Source: Raillietiella orientalis (taxonomy: Eukaryota). Taken from it: 64,000 nucleotides of DNA. Shown piece after piece: positions 53,853-64,000 of the stretch. The position numbers and the translations under genes were made by a program. Position 1 is the stretch's first letter; every line of letters begins with the position of its first letter. The notes beneath the pieces were generated by a model that searched no databases, was not told the origin of the DNA, and saw only the letters and a list, made by a program, of their open reading frames with translations. The stretch lies in the NCBI GenBank assembly GCA_036172245.1, contig JAYWIR010000007.1, positions 744,001 through 808,000 on the forward strand, in the 5' to 3' direction.

Positions 53853-56800
53853 TTCACACCCGGGTGCGCCGAGGCGTTTATTCCTCTTGCAGGAATCGAT
53901 GCAGCCAAAAGACTCATCGATTCCAATTATTACATTAGGGAAAAAGAGGGAGAGCCGGCGAGTTCCATCACGTACACGAAGGGGAAGAAGGATGAAACAA
54001 ATTCCAACAAAAGGAAAACAAACTATAACAAACAATGAAGATTAACAAAACAACAGCAACAACAAAAAAAAAACAAAAAAAAAAGATTAGATGGGGGGAA
54101 GGGAAGAGACCACATTTCGTGGTGGGTGAGGCCTCTGCATGCGTTGAAGGATGTCGGCGAGCTCCTCCTTCTCCCTTTCCAGGTGGAGCCATCGTAAAGC
54201 TATCTGCAGGAAGCGAATGGCATGCAGGACAGCCCCCCCCCCCGTCTCTCTGGTCTCCCTCGGCGTCGCACTTCGCCACGACGGCACCGCGAACGCAGCA
54301 CAGCGCTGCGATTGCGGCTGCGGGCGTCATGGCGTCCCGCACGGAGAGGGGTGTCAGAGACTCTCTGAGATCGTCCAAGGGGCGCGGAAGGGACTCAAAG
54401 AAACGTTCCCACATGTCCGTCGGAGGGCAACACACTCACTATGGGGTGGGGGAAGGTCTCCTGTCCACACCTGGCGCAGTTCGGCGATGCGCGCTTCCCC
54501 TCGTCCAGTGGTGCCGGCGCTCATTGCACGGGAGACCCCAGTGCAGCACCAGCAGTGCCAATGAGGGCATACAGGGAGACTCTTGGTCGCCTGCCGCGCG
54601 TGTGCCCAGGTACACCGGCCGTGGCGTCTTATGCGGACGATCTTTTGCTGCTGCTCCCCATGTCCACCCCGGTGTCGGCGGTCGAAAACTTTTTCGAGCT
54701 GCTGCGTCGCGGGACAGGGCTGGAGGTGAACAGAGCGAAGTCGTCCGTGGTTGCAGCTGGTTCATCGCGGGCAGGGCAGCCGGACTGGTCTAGCTTGGGA
54801 ATCCCCACGGTACCGTACTTTAAGTACCTTGGTGTGCCGTTGGGAAACTATTCCCCTGCGGAAGCGTGGTCCAGCTGCCTCCAAAAGGCCGAGAGAGCGA
54901 TCGGCCCGTTCCTGGATGGCAAGTTTTTCTTGCCGGAACGGGCCGTGGTGTGGAACACGTTCGTGGCCCCCCTTTTTCGCCCCTTGCTTTTTGTTTGCTT
55001 TCCACCCTGCGGTGTCAGAAAACGGACGAAGGACCTCCTCAGAATTGCCCTTTGGGGCAGAGGTAGGCCCCGAGTCCGTTTGAAGGACTTATGTGCTCCT
55101 GGTCGCGATGGAGGCCTCGGCCTCCTCACGCTGGAGCGGCTGGAACTGCAGCTGCAGTTCAGGACTCTAGCTCTAGTAGCGAAGCTATGGAGCACCAGCT
55201 GGTGCGAGCCTGCACGACGCCTTGTTCAGCGAGCTAGCGGCTGCGCGGGACTGTCTGCCTTCCTAGCGCGCCGCGAACGCCGGTACCTGTTCCACTGCGG
55301 ACTGGCACTTCGGCGAGTGGCGAAGCTGACCAGAACGAACACCTGGATCTCCTGTCAACCCGCGAACGGTACTTCCTGGTTGCAGCAGAGCCTTCGTACG
55401 TGGGCCCAGATCGAGGAAGCGAGCCCGGAGTTGCGGCAGCGAATGCTGCTCTCCTATCACAAGATCCGCTCGCTGCAGCACATCATTGTGCAGCCCACCT
55501 TGAGCGCATGGGCTGAGAGGACCTCCCTCGCCACGGCTCTGTTCCACCTCAGGGAGCACCTGGGCAGTAGCCAGCCGGCGAAATGGGAAGTCCGGTGTAG
55601 TATCTCTGGAAGAGAGAGAGAGCAAGGTGGTTGGACCACGGGCCAGTTGACAGACGCTGCGACCCCAAGTGCCCCACCAAAGGGACTATTGCGCTGGGGC
55701 GAGCTGCTGAGCATCCCCATGGATGTACTCGAGTGGACCCCGGTGCTGAAGACTACCCGGGCCCTCCCCCAGAAGTGGCAGGAGTCGGCGTTCCTGGTGT
55801 TGCACTGGAGACTCCTCAGCAACGCCTGCCGTTCGCACTGGACTAGGGGGGCTGTGGACCCAAATTGTGTCAGGTGCGGGGAACGGGAAACCCTCCCGCA
55901 CCTGCTTCTTGACTGTGTTGCCCTCCGGCCTCTGTGGTTGCGTTTCGCAACGGCCCTAGGAGCACCCACGATCAACCCTAGAGACGTTCTGACGCGCCTC
56001 TTTGTGCGTGACGCCCTTCGGCCTGCCGCAGCCCTTGCAGCCCTCTGCTGCCTACGAGGGATTGTGGCGGCCTGGAGCACCGCCACTGGTGGACTGAACG
56101 ACAGGGACATCATCTGCTCCGCCCTGCGTTTCCTGAGGACGGCAGCCAGATGGTCCCATTTGGGACGTATGCGGACCGAACTTGCCGGCATCCTGGAAAG
56201 GATGTAGAGGACGACTCCAGCGGAACGTGATCCCTTCCCCAACTCCTCCCTGCTTTTGTAAATAGTGTTTTCTTTTTGTTTTTATTTGTCCTTTTCCCTC
56301 CCGCTGCCTAGTCGAACTCGCCAGCCTGCGTGCTTGCTACTCGGCAAGTTCAGACTTTTTATTAGAACATTTTTAGGACACTGTAGGGGCAATAGCCCTA
56401 CACTTGCTTGTTTGTTTTTACTAAAAAATAAACGCTCCTGCGCACCCGGGTGTAAAAGCAGTGCCAATCTCTGCCGCTAGGCACTTGAGGCGAAGCAGCT
56501 TACAGTCCATAAACAAAGGGGATACTTCCAATTCTTCGGGCTGAATGGAGAAGAGTTCGCCCCAACGTTCCAGTCCTTTGGAGACGGTCCTTGCTGTTGC
56601 CGCGTCAACCAACTGCCGCGGAGTCCAGCCACCGATAGGTTTCCTGTGGGCCGAGATCTCGTAGGAAATCTCCCGCTCCGCCGGTAGGCAGGTGCTATGT
56701 ACCTCGATAGCGGAGGACACTGCTGCGGCGAAGGTGGTGGCTGATGGGTAGGCCAACATAGTCAGTTCACTACCCACCGCCTCCAGTGTTCTTCCGCTGT

Positions 56801-57431
56801 TCTTCTGAAACTCTCGGCAGCGGGAAAATTCCGACGGGGCCCGGGAGAGCTGAGCCCACGTTCTCAATTTCCTATGCCTCCAGGCAGGAGTGTTCGCAGG
56901 GCGGCAGCAAATCCACGTGTTCGCTCTCACCAGAGCAGCGATACACCGGAGAGGGAAGCCACAAGATGGGAGCCGGGGGTGGTGACACGCAAACGGGGTT
57001 GCGAGTCCTTCACCATCAACCCCCAGCTGGGAGAGCTGGGAGCCTTGCATTCAGGGGAGCATCAATAGTGACCCAGTTCTGTGCCACGAAGGCCAGTCTT
57101 CGGAAGTTCAACTGAACTTGCATGCGCTCCAACGTCAAGAGTCGAAGTCCTCCGTCGCGACAAGGAGCACACAAGTCTTTTAATCGGACTCGGGACCTCC
57201 CATTGCCCCAGAGGTCTTTTCGAAGGAGGTTCTTCCTCCGTTTTACCACATCGGGGGAGCAGGGCACACGAAAAGCAGAGATCGAAAGACGAGGGCCACA
57301 AAAGTATTCCAAATGACGGCCCGCTCCGGCAACCGGAAGTTGCCTTCTTGGAACGGACCGAGCACCGACTCTGCCTTCTGGGGCAGTCGGACCACACTTC
57401 CGTAGGGAAATGTCATGCTGTGGTCCTAGGT
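53853..57431 (-). mobile_element. 5'-truncated LINE copy (B), antisense inside A and interrupted by C
   Basis: 57431-56469 encodes LWGNGRSRVRLKDLCAPCRDGGLRLL...KGLERWGELFSI. It resumes at 54562-53853 as LALLVLHWGLPCN..., UTR, aataaacgcctcggcgcacccgggtgtgaa. TSD GCTGTGAT at 53845-53852 and 57432-57439. Confidence 0.88.
54563..56456 (+). mobile_element. Youngest LINE copy (C): 5'-truncated L1/Tx1-like element with uninterrupted RT C-half and zf-RVT ORF, antisense inside B
   Basis: Open frame to the stop at 56207: SYADDLLLLL, GLEVNRAKS, FKYLGVPL, LCAPGRDGGLGL, CVRCGERETLPHLLLDC. 3' UTR with AATAAA at 56428 and end gtgtaaa. Perfect 12-bp TSD AGCAGTGCCAAT at 54551-54562 and 56457-56468. Confidence 0.95.
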
Positions 57432-60400
57432 GCTGTGATCGCAACGAGATGCTGCATCCTCAGCCAGGGTAACAGCCTGCCACGTGTTAGAGTCTCGTTC
57501 TCGTCGTAGGGGGCCACCAGCATGGCAGCTGCCTTCATGAGGACGGCTGCAAGGTGTCCTCGTCTGCCAGAAGAGGTCATTCGTGAGATGGCCATCATAC
57601 GCATCCCCTTCTTGAGAGGAAGCAACGTCTTCAACCAAAGACCTCTGTCCCCACCCTCCCGTCTCTTTTATTTATTTAATTATTGTCTCCTTTCTCCGTT
57701 TCCTACTTTTTCAGAAGCCGACCTGCGTGCGGGTGGTCATCCCCAATGAACTTTTTTTTTTTACCTTTGGCACCTCTTGTATCGAGTGCACGCTGTTCTT
57801 CCCCTCTGACTGTGGTTTCTTTTTTAAATGGAGTCCCCGGTGTTACCGGGTAGATACTTCATTGGTTTCAAGCTCAAGTGTCATCTCGGGGCCTCCGAAT
57901 TTTAGATGACTTGCTCTCCTCCTTCTAGGTCAGGAGACAGGATCCTTGCGATGTCCATCCCGGGTTTGGATGCCTCGGGCGCTTTCCAATGGCCTCATTC
58001 ATGGGTTCCTTGTAAAGGAGGTGATCTATGTCCGCCACCTCCGCCCTAACGACTTGTGCCACAGCCCATCCCTCGTGCCGCTTTTGAACTCTTGAAGCGT
58101 CAGCTGACTCAGGTGCTCTGCTCACGGAATAGGTCGGAAGTCCCGCTTAGGGAGTGTCCGGCTCGCCAGACTTTCTCCACCTGCGGAACACGCAACCGCC
58201 GCGAAGATAACAGCGTTCACATAGTTACGAAACGCAGAAACCACCTTGTCTCCCTGGATTTCTTCGGAGAACCAGGCCCGTTGCTAGGATCTTCAGGAAG
58301 CACTTCTTCCGTATTTCCTTCCTGCCGCGTTTCCGGAACACCGCTGCCCGACGCGTTGCGCACTGCGAGTTCACAGGGTACAGCGCGAACGCAATGCGCT
58401 CCTCTCGCGTGAACAGCCTCGCGACCTGTTCAACTCCGTGCACGTGACCGGTTCATCCCGTCATGCCAGGTCATTCATCGACAAGCAGTAAAAACGGTGG
58501 GAGAGGAGAGGGAGTTCACCGGACCGAGGCGCAAGGGCCCGCCAGCCTGACTGGGGCCTCGACAAGGGTGTAGGGGCGGTCGAGACGCCAGCAGGGCGGG
58601 TGGAACGGAACGACCCCCACGGTGGCGGTCACGACGCCTGAGGGCCTGCGTCGGGGGGATGGGATGGGGGAGGCGGAAGAGGCGAGGAGCCAGGGATGCT
58701 GCTACTCATTGGTGGCGACTCTGTCTGCCCTCGATTGCCCCGCGGTTCCCCTCCGAACACAGCGCTTCCCAGTTCAGGTCGCATCTTCGCAGTGGCGACC
58801 TTGGACCCTCGGATGAAGGAGACCGCGGGCACTCGACCTCGATCCGTTGCTACTGCAAGCGGCGGTGGAGGAGGAGGACGACGAGGAGGAGAGGGAGGAA
58901 GGGAGATCCTGTTCTATTCCAGCCGGCTGCTGCCGCTTTCCCCCGGCGGCAGAGGAGATCCTGCAGCGAGGAGGCAACCGGTAAGGCCGAAGTCCGAAGT
59001 CTGAACCCCCTCTCGGATCTGGGAGGTTCCGCTGGAGTGCCCCCGGCCATCGTCGGACAGTCGGGTGGCGCGTCCCTTCTGCGACCCGTCTCATTCCAAA
59101 GGCGTGTGCGGGGACCCCTTCTCTCCCTCCCACGATTCCCCAGTGCGTCGGGGATGCTCTCGGTAGATCTCGGTGACACCTTCATGTGGCGGCGTCCCGG
59201 GACAGTCCTCTGAGCGCCGGAGACAGGGTGGCGATGCGCTGGCTCGCGCCGGAGGGAGGAAGAGCTGGAAGGAATTCCCGGACGCCCGAATCTCCTCGGG
59301 AAATTCCGGAGAACTCGATCGACCGTCTCGGGCCTTGAGCAGACTTGCTGGGTGCCGGAGGCTTCTTGGACCATTCGCGTCCCCCGTGATGGAAGGGAGG
59401 GAAGACTACCACCCTCAGGGGAAGTGACCTCCTTGAGCAGGAGGGGTTGCAAGGCGTCCGAAATGAGATTGTGGTGAGCTCTGGAAGCGGACGGGTTGCC
59501 CAAGCAGAAGACCCATCCATAGGCAGCATGTGGTCGACGATGGTTCCCCCCTTCCAGGTCGCGATTGGATCAATAGAGGGCTGAGAGCTGAGGAAGCTGA
59601 GAGCGACGGGAAGCCATGAGATTCATTTGCCTCCGGATCTCGAGCGCCGTTGACTGTTGAGCTGGTCACGGAGAGATTCTTTTTTTTTTTTTTTTCGGCC
59701 ATGGGGTCCTCCTTTTGCAGATGCCGAAAGACCATATTGTTCTCTCCTCCGGAAACCACCTCGCGGTTCAGCACTCCCCTTCAGCTGGACGGGATACCAA
59801 GCGGGAAGGTCGCCACTCTTTGCTTCCTTGACTCATGGACACTCCACTATATGGCCACGCACCAAGAGGTGACGGTTTGTGGCACCAAATAGCCTGCGGA
59901 AATTTCCAAAAGATGCAGTCTCGGATGACAGTCATGGAACCGATCGCTGTGGTTGCCATCAGCTGAGATGCCGGTTGCTCTCAAGCGAATCCAGCGGCAG
60001 AATGGACGCGGGTGCGTCCCGACAGACATTCCGGGAGCGTTCCGAACTCCTCCGGAAGAAAATTTTACTGCTACTTATCCCGAATCAGCTTTCATTTTTC
60101 CCCTTTTCCCCGCGCGTTCATATCCACGAGCCTTCGGACCCGGCTGCGGGACGTTTCGACCTGTTCTCGGTGGCAGAGGGGGAAGTCTCGATGCCAGTTC
60201 GGAGCACCACGGCACACCCTCGCACGCAATCCTCCTAGGTAACGGGAAGCTAGTCGTTCCCAGCATGCCGGTCCCCCGTTGCAAAGGAGTGTCCAACATC
60301 CTTGACGAGCCTGCAGGTGCGGTGAAGGCTGAGGGAGCGCCAAGGTCAAGCGGGCAGCACGCTTCCCTCCGTTCCTCAAAAAGGAAGGAAGGAATGCTGA

Positions 60401-62245
60401 AGGATGGTCTCCTCCTGCTCTCGCCACAGAATGACAACTCTTCGACAACTCTTGGACCTCTTGCGGTCAGCTGTCCCGGTTTTTTACAGCTGCTCGCTGT
60501 GCCAGACTTGTGTCTGCTCCTCCAGGCCCTACAACCTCCCGCTCAGCAGCCGATCGCCTCCCTCCTACTCGTCTCCTCGTTCCAAGGGGATCCCTGAGGA
60601 TGCCCGTGAACTGGACCCAGCCGCTGTCTGACCAAGGACCGGATGCACACCAGAGGGTTCCTCCCAGTGGACTTTTAAGCCCGCGCAGAAATCTCCCTGG
60701 TGGGTTCAACGACCTGGCTGGATGTGAGCGGCCAGGAAGTGCCGTTCATCTCGAGATCACCGAGAGGAAGGGGGAGGTCGAGTCTCCCTCGTCGGAGGAT
60801 TCCTGTAGCCGAATGAAGTCGTGCTGGGTGTAAGGGTGCCGAAGACTGCTCTTGGAAACACCGGGACCACTCGAAAGGGCGTGGGTGCCTTCTGACTGCC
60901 TCTTCCGACTCTGACTGCTGATCCCTTAAGCGCTTATAGGGTTTGACTGGGCATGTTGAATTCTTGTTGGTACAGAGACTTTTGAGAACTTGTACGCCTG
61001 CCAGTTCGAATCTGCTCTTTGCCGAGCCCGCAGCGTTAAGGAAATCAGGAGCGGGGGCTCAGCCGCCGCAGCTTCTGCTACTGCTCCTCCCGCTTTCCCT
61101 CCCAGCTCTTTCCGTCCGAACCAAACGCGCAGCAGCGTTCGCCCCGGAATGCCGACGGCACTTTCCCTTCGAGTTTCGGACGCCTTCCACCAGGGTTGCC
61201 GCTGTCGCGCGCCGAAGAACGCGCTCGAGCGTGGACGCGGATCGAAACGCATAGCAATGGGGTATTCATGCAAAAGTGGCGCTCCAAGTAACCCCAGGCT
61301 CTCCATTCATCCGCGACTGACGCCCGGAATATTTTCCCTCCCGGTCCTCACACTCCCTTCCGAAATTCGCGGGCGCCCGCGCTACCTCTGCCTCTCTCCC
61401 TTCTGCTCCGCACGGCGGCGGAACAGTCGGATCGCCTCGCGGAGCCGCCAGCGTAACGGAATCGACGATGCTTCCCTCTTCCGAAACATCCTGCAGGAAC
61501 TTCTTGCTTCTCTTTTTGTCGTCCCTACCTGAACAAACGAAGCGCCCGAGGAGTGCTCCTTTTCCTTCCTTGCGCCATTCATCTTCCTTCCGCCTTGCTG
61601 CCTTCGTGTGCCTATTTCTTGGAGACGGCCGAGAACCAGGCGCTCGGTGCTTTTCTGGCGCAGCGGATCGTTTAAAGGAGGCATGCTCCGGCGATCTCAC
61701 GGCAGCCCAACATCTTTCGAGGAAAACGAACCTCTCTCCCCCCTTCCCTAAGGGGAAGCATCTTTTTCCGCTCTCATATGTGAAGACGCACTTGAAATTC
61801 CACCTCAGCATCTGTGCTCGCGCGCGCCCTACCCGAGATACGAGCTTTCCATCAATTGGGTCTCTGCGGATGATGGTCTGATGGCGCTTTGTTGTTGTCT
61901 TGGAGGGGATCTCACAAGCCCCTGAGGATCTTGCTCTGAGATACTCCTCTGAGGAGGATCGCAAGATGCTCTTCCTCTGAGCCTCTGATCCCGCGCGGGG
62001 GGATGGTGCCACCCACCCCACCCCCTTCTCCCCCGATCCCCTCCAATCGAGCGCCAGGATTCGCCCGCAACGGAGCCGCCTCACTCACGAGAGGGCAGCG
62101 CTGGCAATCCCACGGGCGTTAGGAACCGAAGCTGCCTCGATCGATAGTACCGGATACGCGCATCCGAAACGAGATGAAAATGCGAAAGGAAAGGGAGGAG
62201 GGGAGGAGAGAGAGCATAAGTCAAAATGAGTTTTCCTGAAACACG

Positions 62246-62275
62246 CACACACTGACACACACACACACACACACA
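62246..62275. repeat. (CA)n microsatellite
   Basis: cacacac tga cacacacacacacacacaca. Confidence 0.8.
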
Positions 62276-62499
62276 AAAGAAAATTTCCAACTCTTTGATC
62301 ACGCGACTACACTTTCGCCCCGAGCTGCAGCTTCCCTCCAGCCGAATTAATGGTTTCGCATGTCGCAGGGCGCCTTCGGAGGCTCAGGGGGCGAAGTTGT
62401 CTGCCCCGAGAGTCCTCCCAGCTAGGCTCACGAGGTCGTTCGCGAAAATCGTCCTGTATTGATCTCGAGGGGGAAATCGGCAAGCCATCCGACTTCCGG

Positions 62500-63200
62500 C
62501 GTTTTCGGAACATCTCGAAGCACGGACGCGTCGCATAGAAACGCTCATAGTCTGCGTACCGATTTTTCTCGTCGTGCTCGTTCTCTCGGGGAATGGGAGA
62601 AGGAGGATACTCATGGCACTTCCGAAACGGCAGGTGGCATAACAACCAGCTGATCGTCGCGGTCATCAGCGTGACAGGCGACGGTAGTGGCTGGGACTGC
62701 CCGGTCGATGCTTCCCGAATGCAACGAATTGATGGGGCGTCTGCAGTGTGTCTCCAGAAGCCGATCCGTTCGAAAGTCTGCCCTCGAGGCTATCCAGGGA
62801 ATCATGGCGAGACGAACCGTGCGAAAGCGTTCCTGGTCCACTTGATTGGATGAGCGCATAAGATCACGAAAGTCTTTGCGAGGCACGCGCTTTTCTGACA
62901 TTGCGCGATGGCGCCATCCCGGAGGACGGGGTGGGTCCATCCCAGAGGTACTGCAGCACTGGATCAACCTGCGACAGGAGGGGGACAAGATCTAAGCATC
63001 CCCATCTGGTGGACAGCACATGGAAAAAGTTGTTTCCATATAAGAGCGCATAAGATATCAAATTCGTGGTGGTAGATTTATCTTCAGGATGGGTTTGGAG
63101 TGCGAGGTGCACTGAAGAGAGGAGAAAATTCGCCACCCTGCACTGAGCCGGATCGAGGAAAACGCCGGAGCTGCGCAGGCGGGTCGCGTCGCTCTCCCTC
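62500..63200 (-). mobile_element. Decayed APE-type endonuclease region of a LINE
   Basis: VHLALQTH (cf. LQETH) and a frameshifted YA-SNQVDQERF (cf. YAPN...FF), in order on minus. Confidence 0.35.
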
Positions 63201-64000
63201 GGTAGCCTCTGAGCGGGAAGAGAGGTTTCCCAGGATGTGGTGGAGGGAGGTGGGCGTGAGGAGCCCAACTTCCAGCCTCGCGTTGGCACGCGCGCTCCGT
63301 GGGCCTCCTGATGTTCTCGGAGGACCTCGGGCTCTTCGTGGGTCGCTAGGTAGGCGGGTTTGCCTCGGCGGCAGCCTCTGCGCGGCGCTGCGCCGTTGCC
63401 CGCCAAAGTCTCGCAGTATTTGCATTTCGTTCCTCTTCTCTTCTCAACATTTCTTCAAGCCTGCAGGTGTCGGCGCCCCCTCCTTCCACTTCCAGGATCG
63501 TCCTAATGCGTGCAATGAGGATAGGAAGGGATGGCAGCAGCGAAGTCCATTTTTTGGTCTTCTTTTTAAAATCATTTCCCTTCCTCTTCCTCCTCATCAT
63601 CATATGGCCATGATTTGCAGTGTGGCAGAAGGAGCGGGGGATCTCCTTCAGAACTAGCTCACAACGAACCAGCTTTAATTGCCATCAGGTGGCGTGGCTC
63701 CAAGGCACGGGGCAGCTCCCGAGCATTTCCGTTCCCATCCTGTGGAATGAAACTCCAGCTGGAAACGGAGCACCTTCACTGTTTCTCTGATCCGACGGGG
63801 TCCAGCACGACAAGCAGCAGCTTTGTTGACCTTCGCGACCGCTCCTTGCACCCCCACCGCACCAAGCAAGCGGGTTGCATTCCACCTCTTTCCAGCTGCT
63901 CACGCGCGTCAGCAGCCGCTCTTTCGCAGTTCTGCGCTCTCGAGGTATCGATCAGAATATTCGCGCTTCTACTGTCCCTCTGGGATGGGAGAGTTAGGAG

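Larger units (their letters stand above)
52150..57760 (+). mobile_element. Oldest host LINE copy (A), split into three pieces: about 52150-52292, 53541-53852 and 57432-57760
   Basis: The pieces rejoin colinearly: ...TPAFLAVDS / LLGIPLEE...CSGCGAVESFPHLL...GLVAGAVI / ATRCCIL...FMRTAAR, followed by the UTR. Confidence 0.7.

Noticed and set aside
54441..54560. N-terminal 40 aa of the 588-aa ORF in the track
   Set aside because: It lies in the antisense strand of copy B, outside the TSD-defined element, and is a fortuitous open frame.
53853..56456. Twin-priming 5' inversion explaining the head-to-head junction at 54562
   Set aside because: The inverted part is the 3' end of a different copy with its own UTR, and the 12-bp TSD shows a nested insertion.

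Overview
This is eukaryotic (invertebrate-animal-like) genomic DNA, not prokaryotic. Three spliced host genes can be reconstructed by hand: the 5' part of a DEG/ENaC channel gene (minus strand, running off the left edge), a complete 14-exon PDPR-like gene (17031-20411, 887 aa, twelve 40-52 nt mini-introns, one of them GC-AG), and a complete Rap1 GTPase (36412-40620, 184 aa). Most of the rest is non-LTR retrotransposon (L1/Tx1-like) sequence of various ages. The most striking structure is at about 52.1-57.8 kb. There, copies of one LINE family are nested inside each other like Russian dolls, each antisense to its host, with readable target-site duplications (12 bp AGCAGTGCCAAT, 8 bp GCTGTGAT, about 5 bp CTGCT). 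A second cluster at 7.0-12.5 kb shows the same antisense self-insertion at nearly the same ORF2 position, which suggests a self-targeting LINE family. Other points of note are extreme GC3 bimodality between neighbouring host genes and several perfect DNA fold-backs. All alignments were done by eye and no database searches were run.
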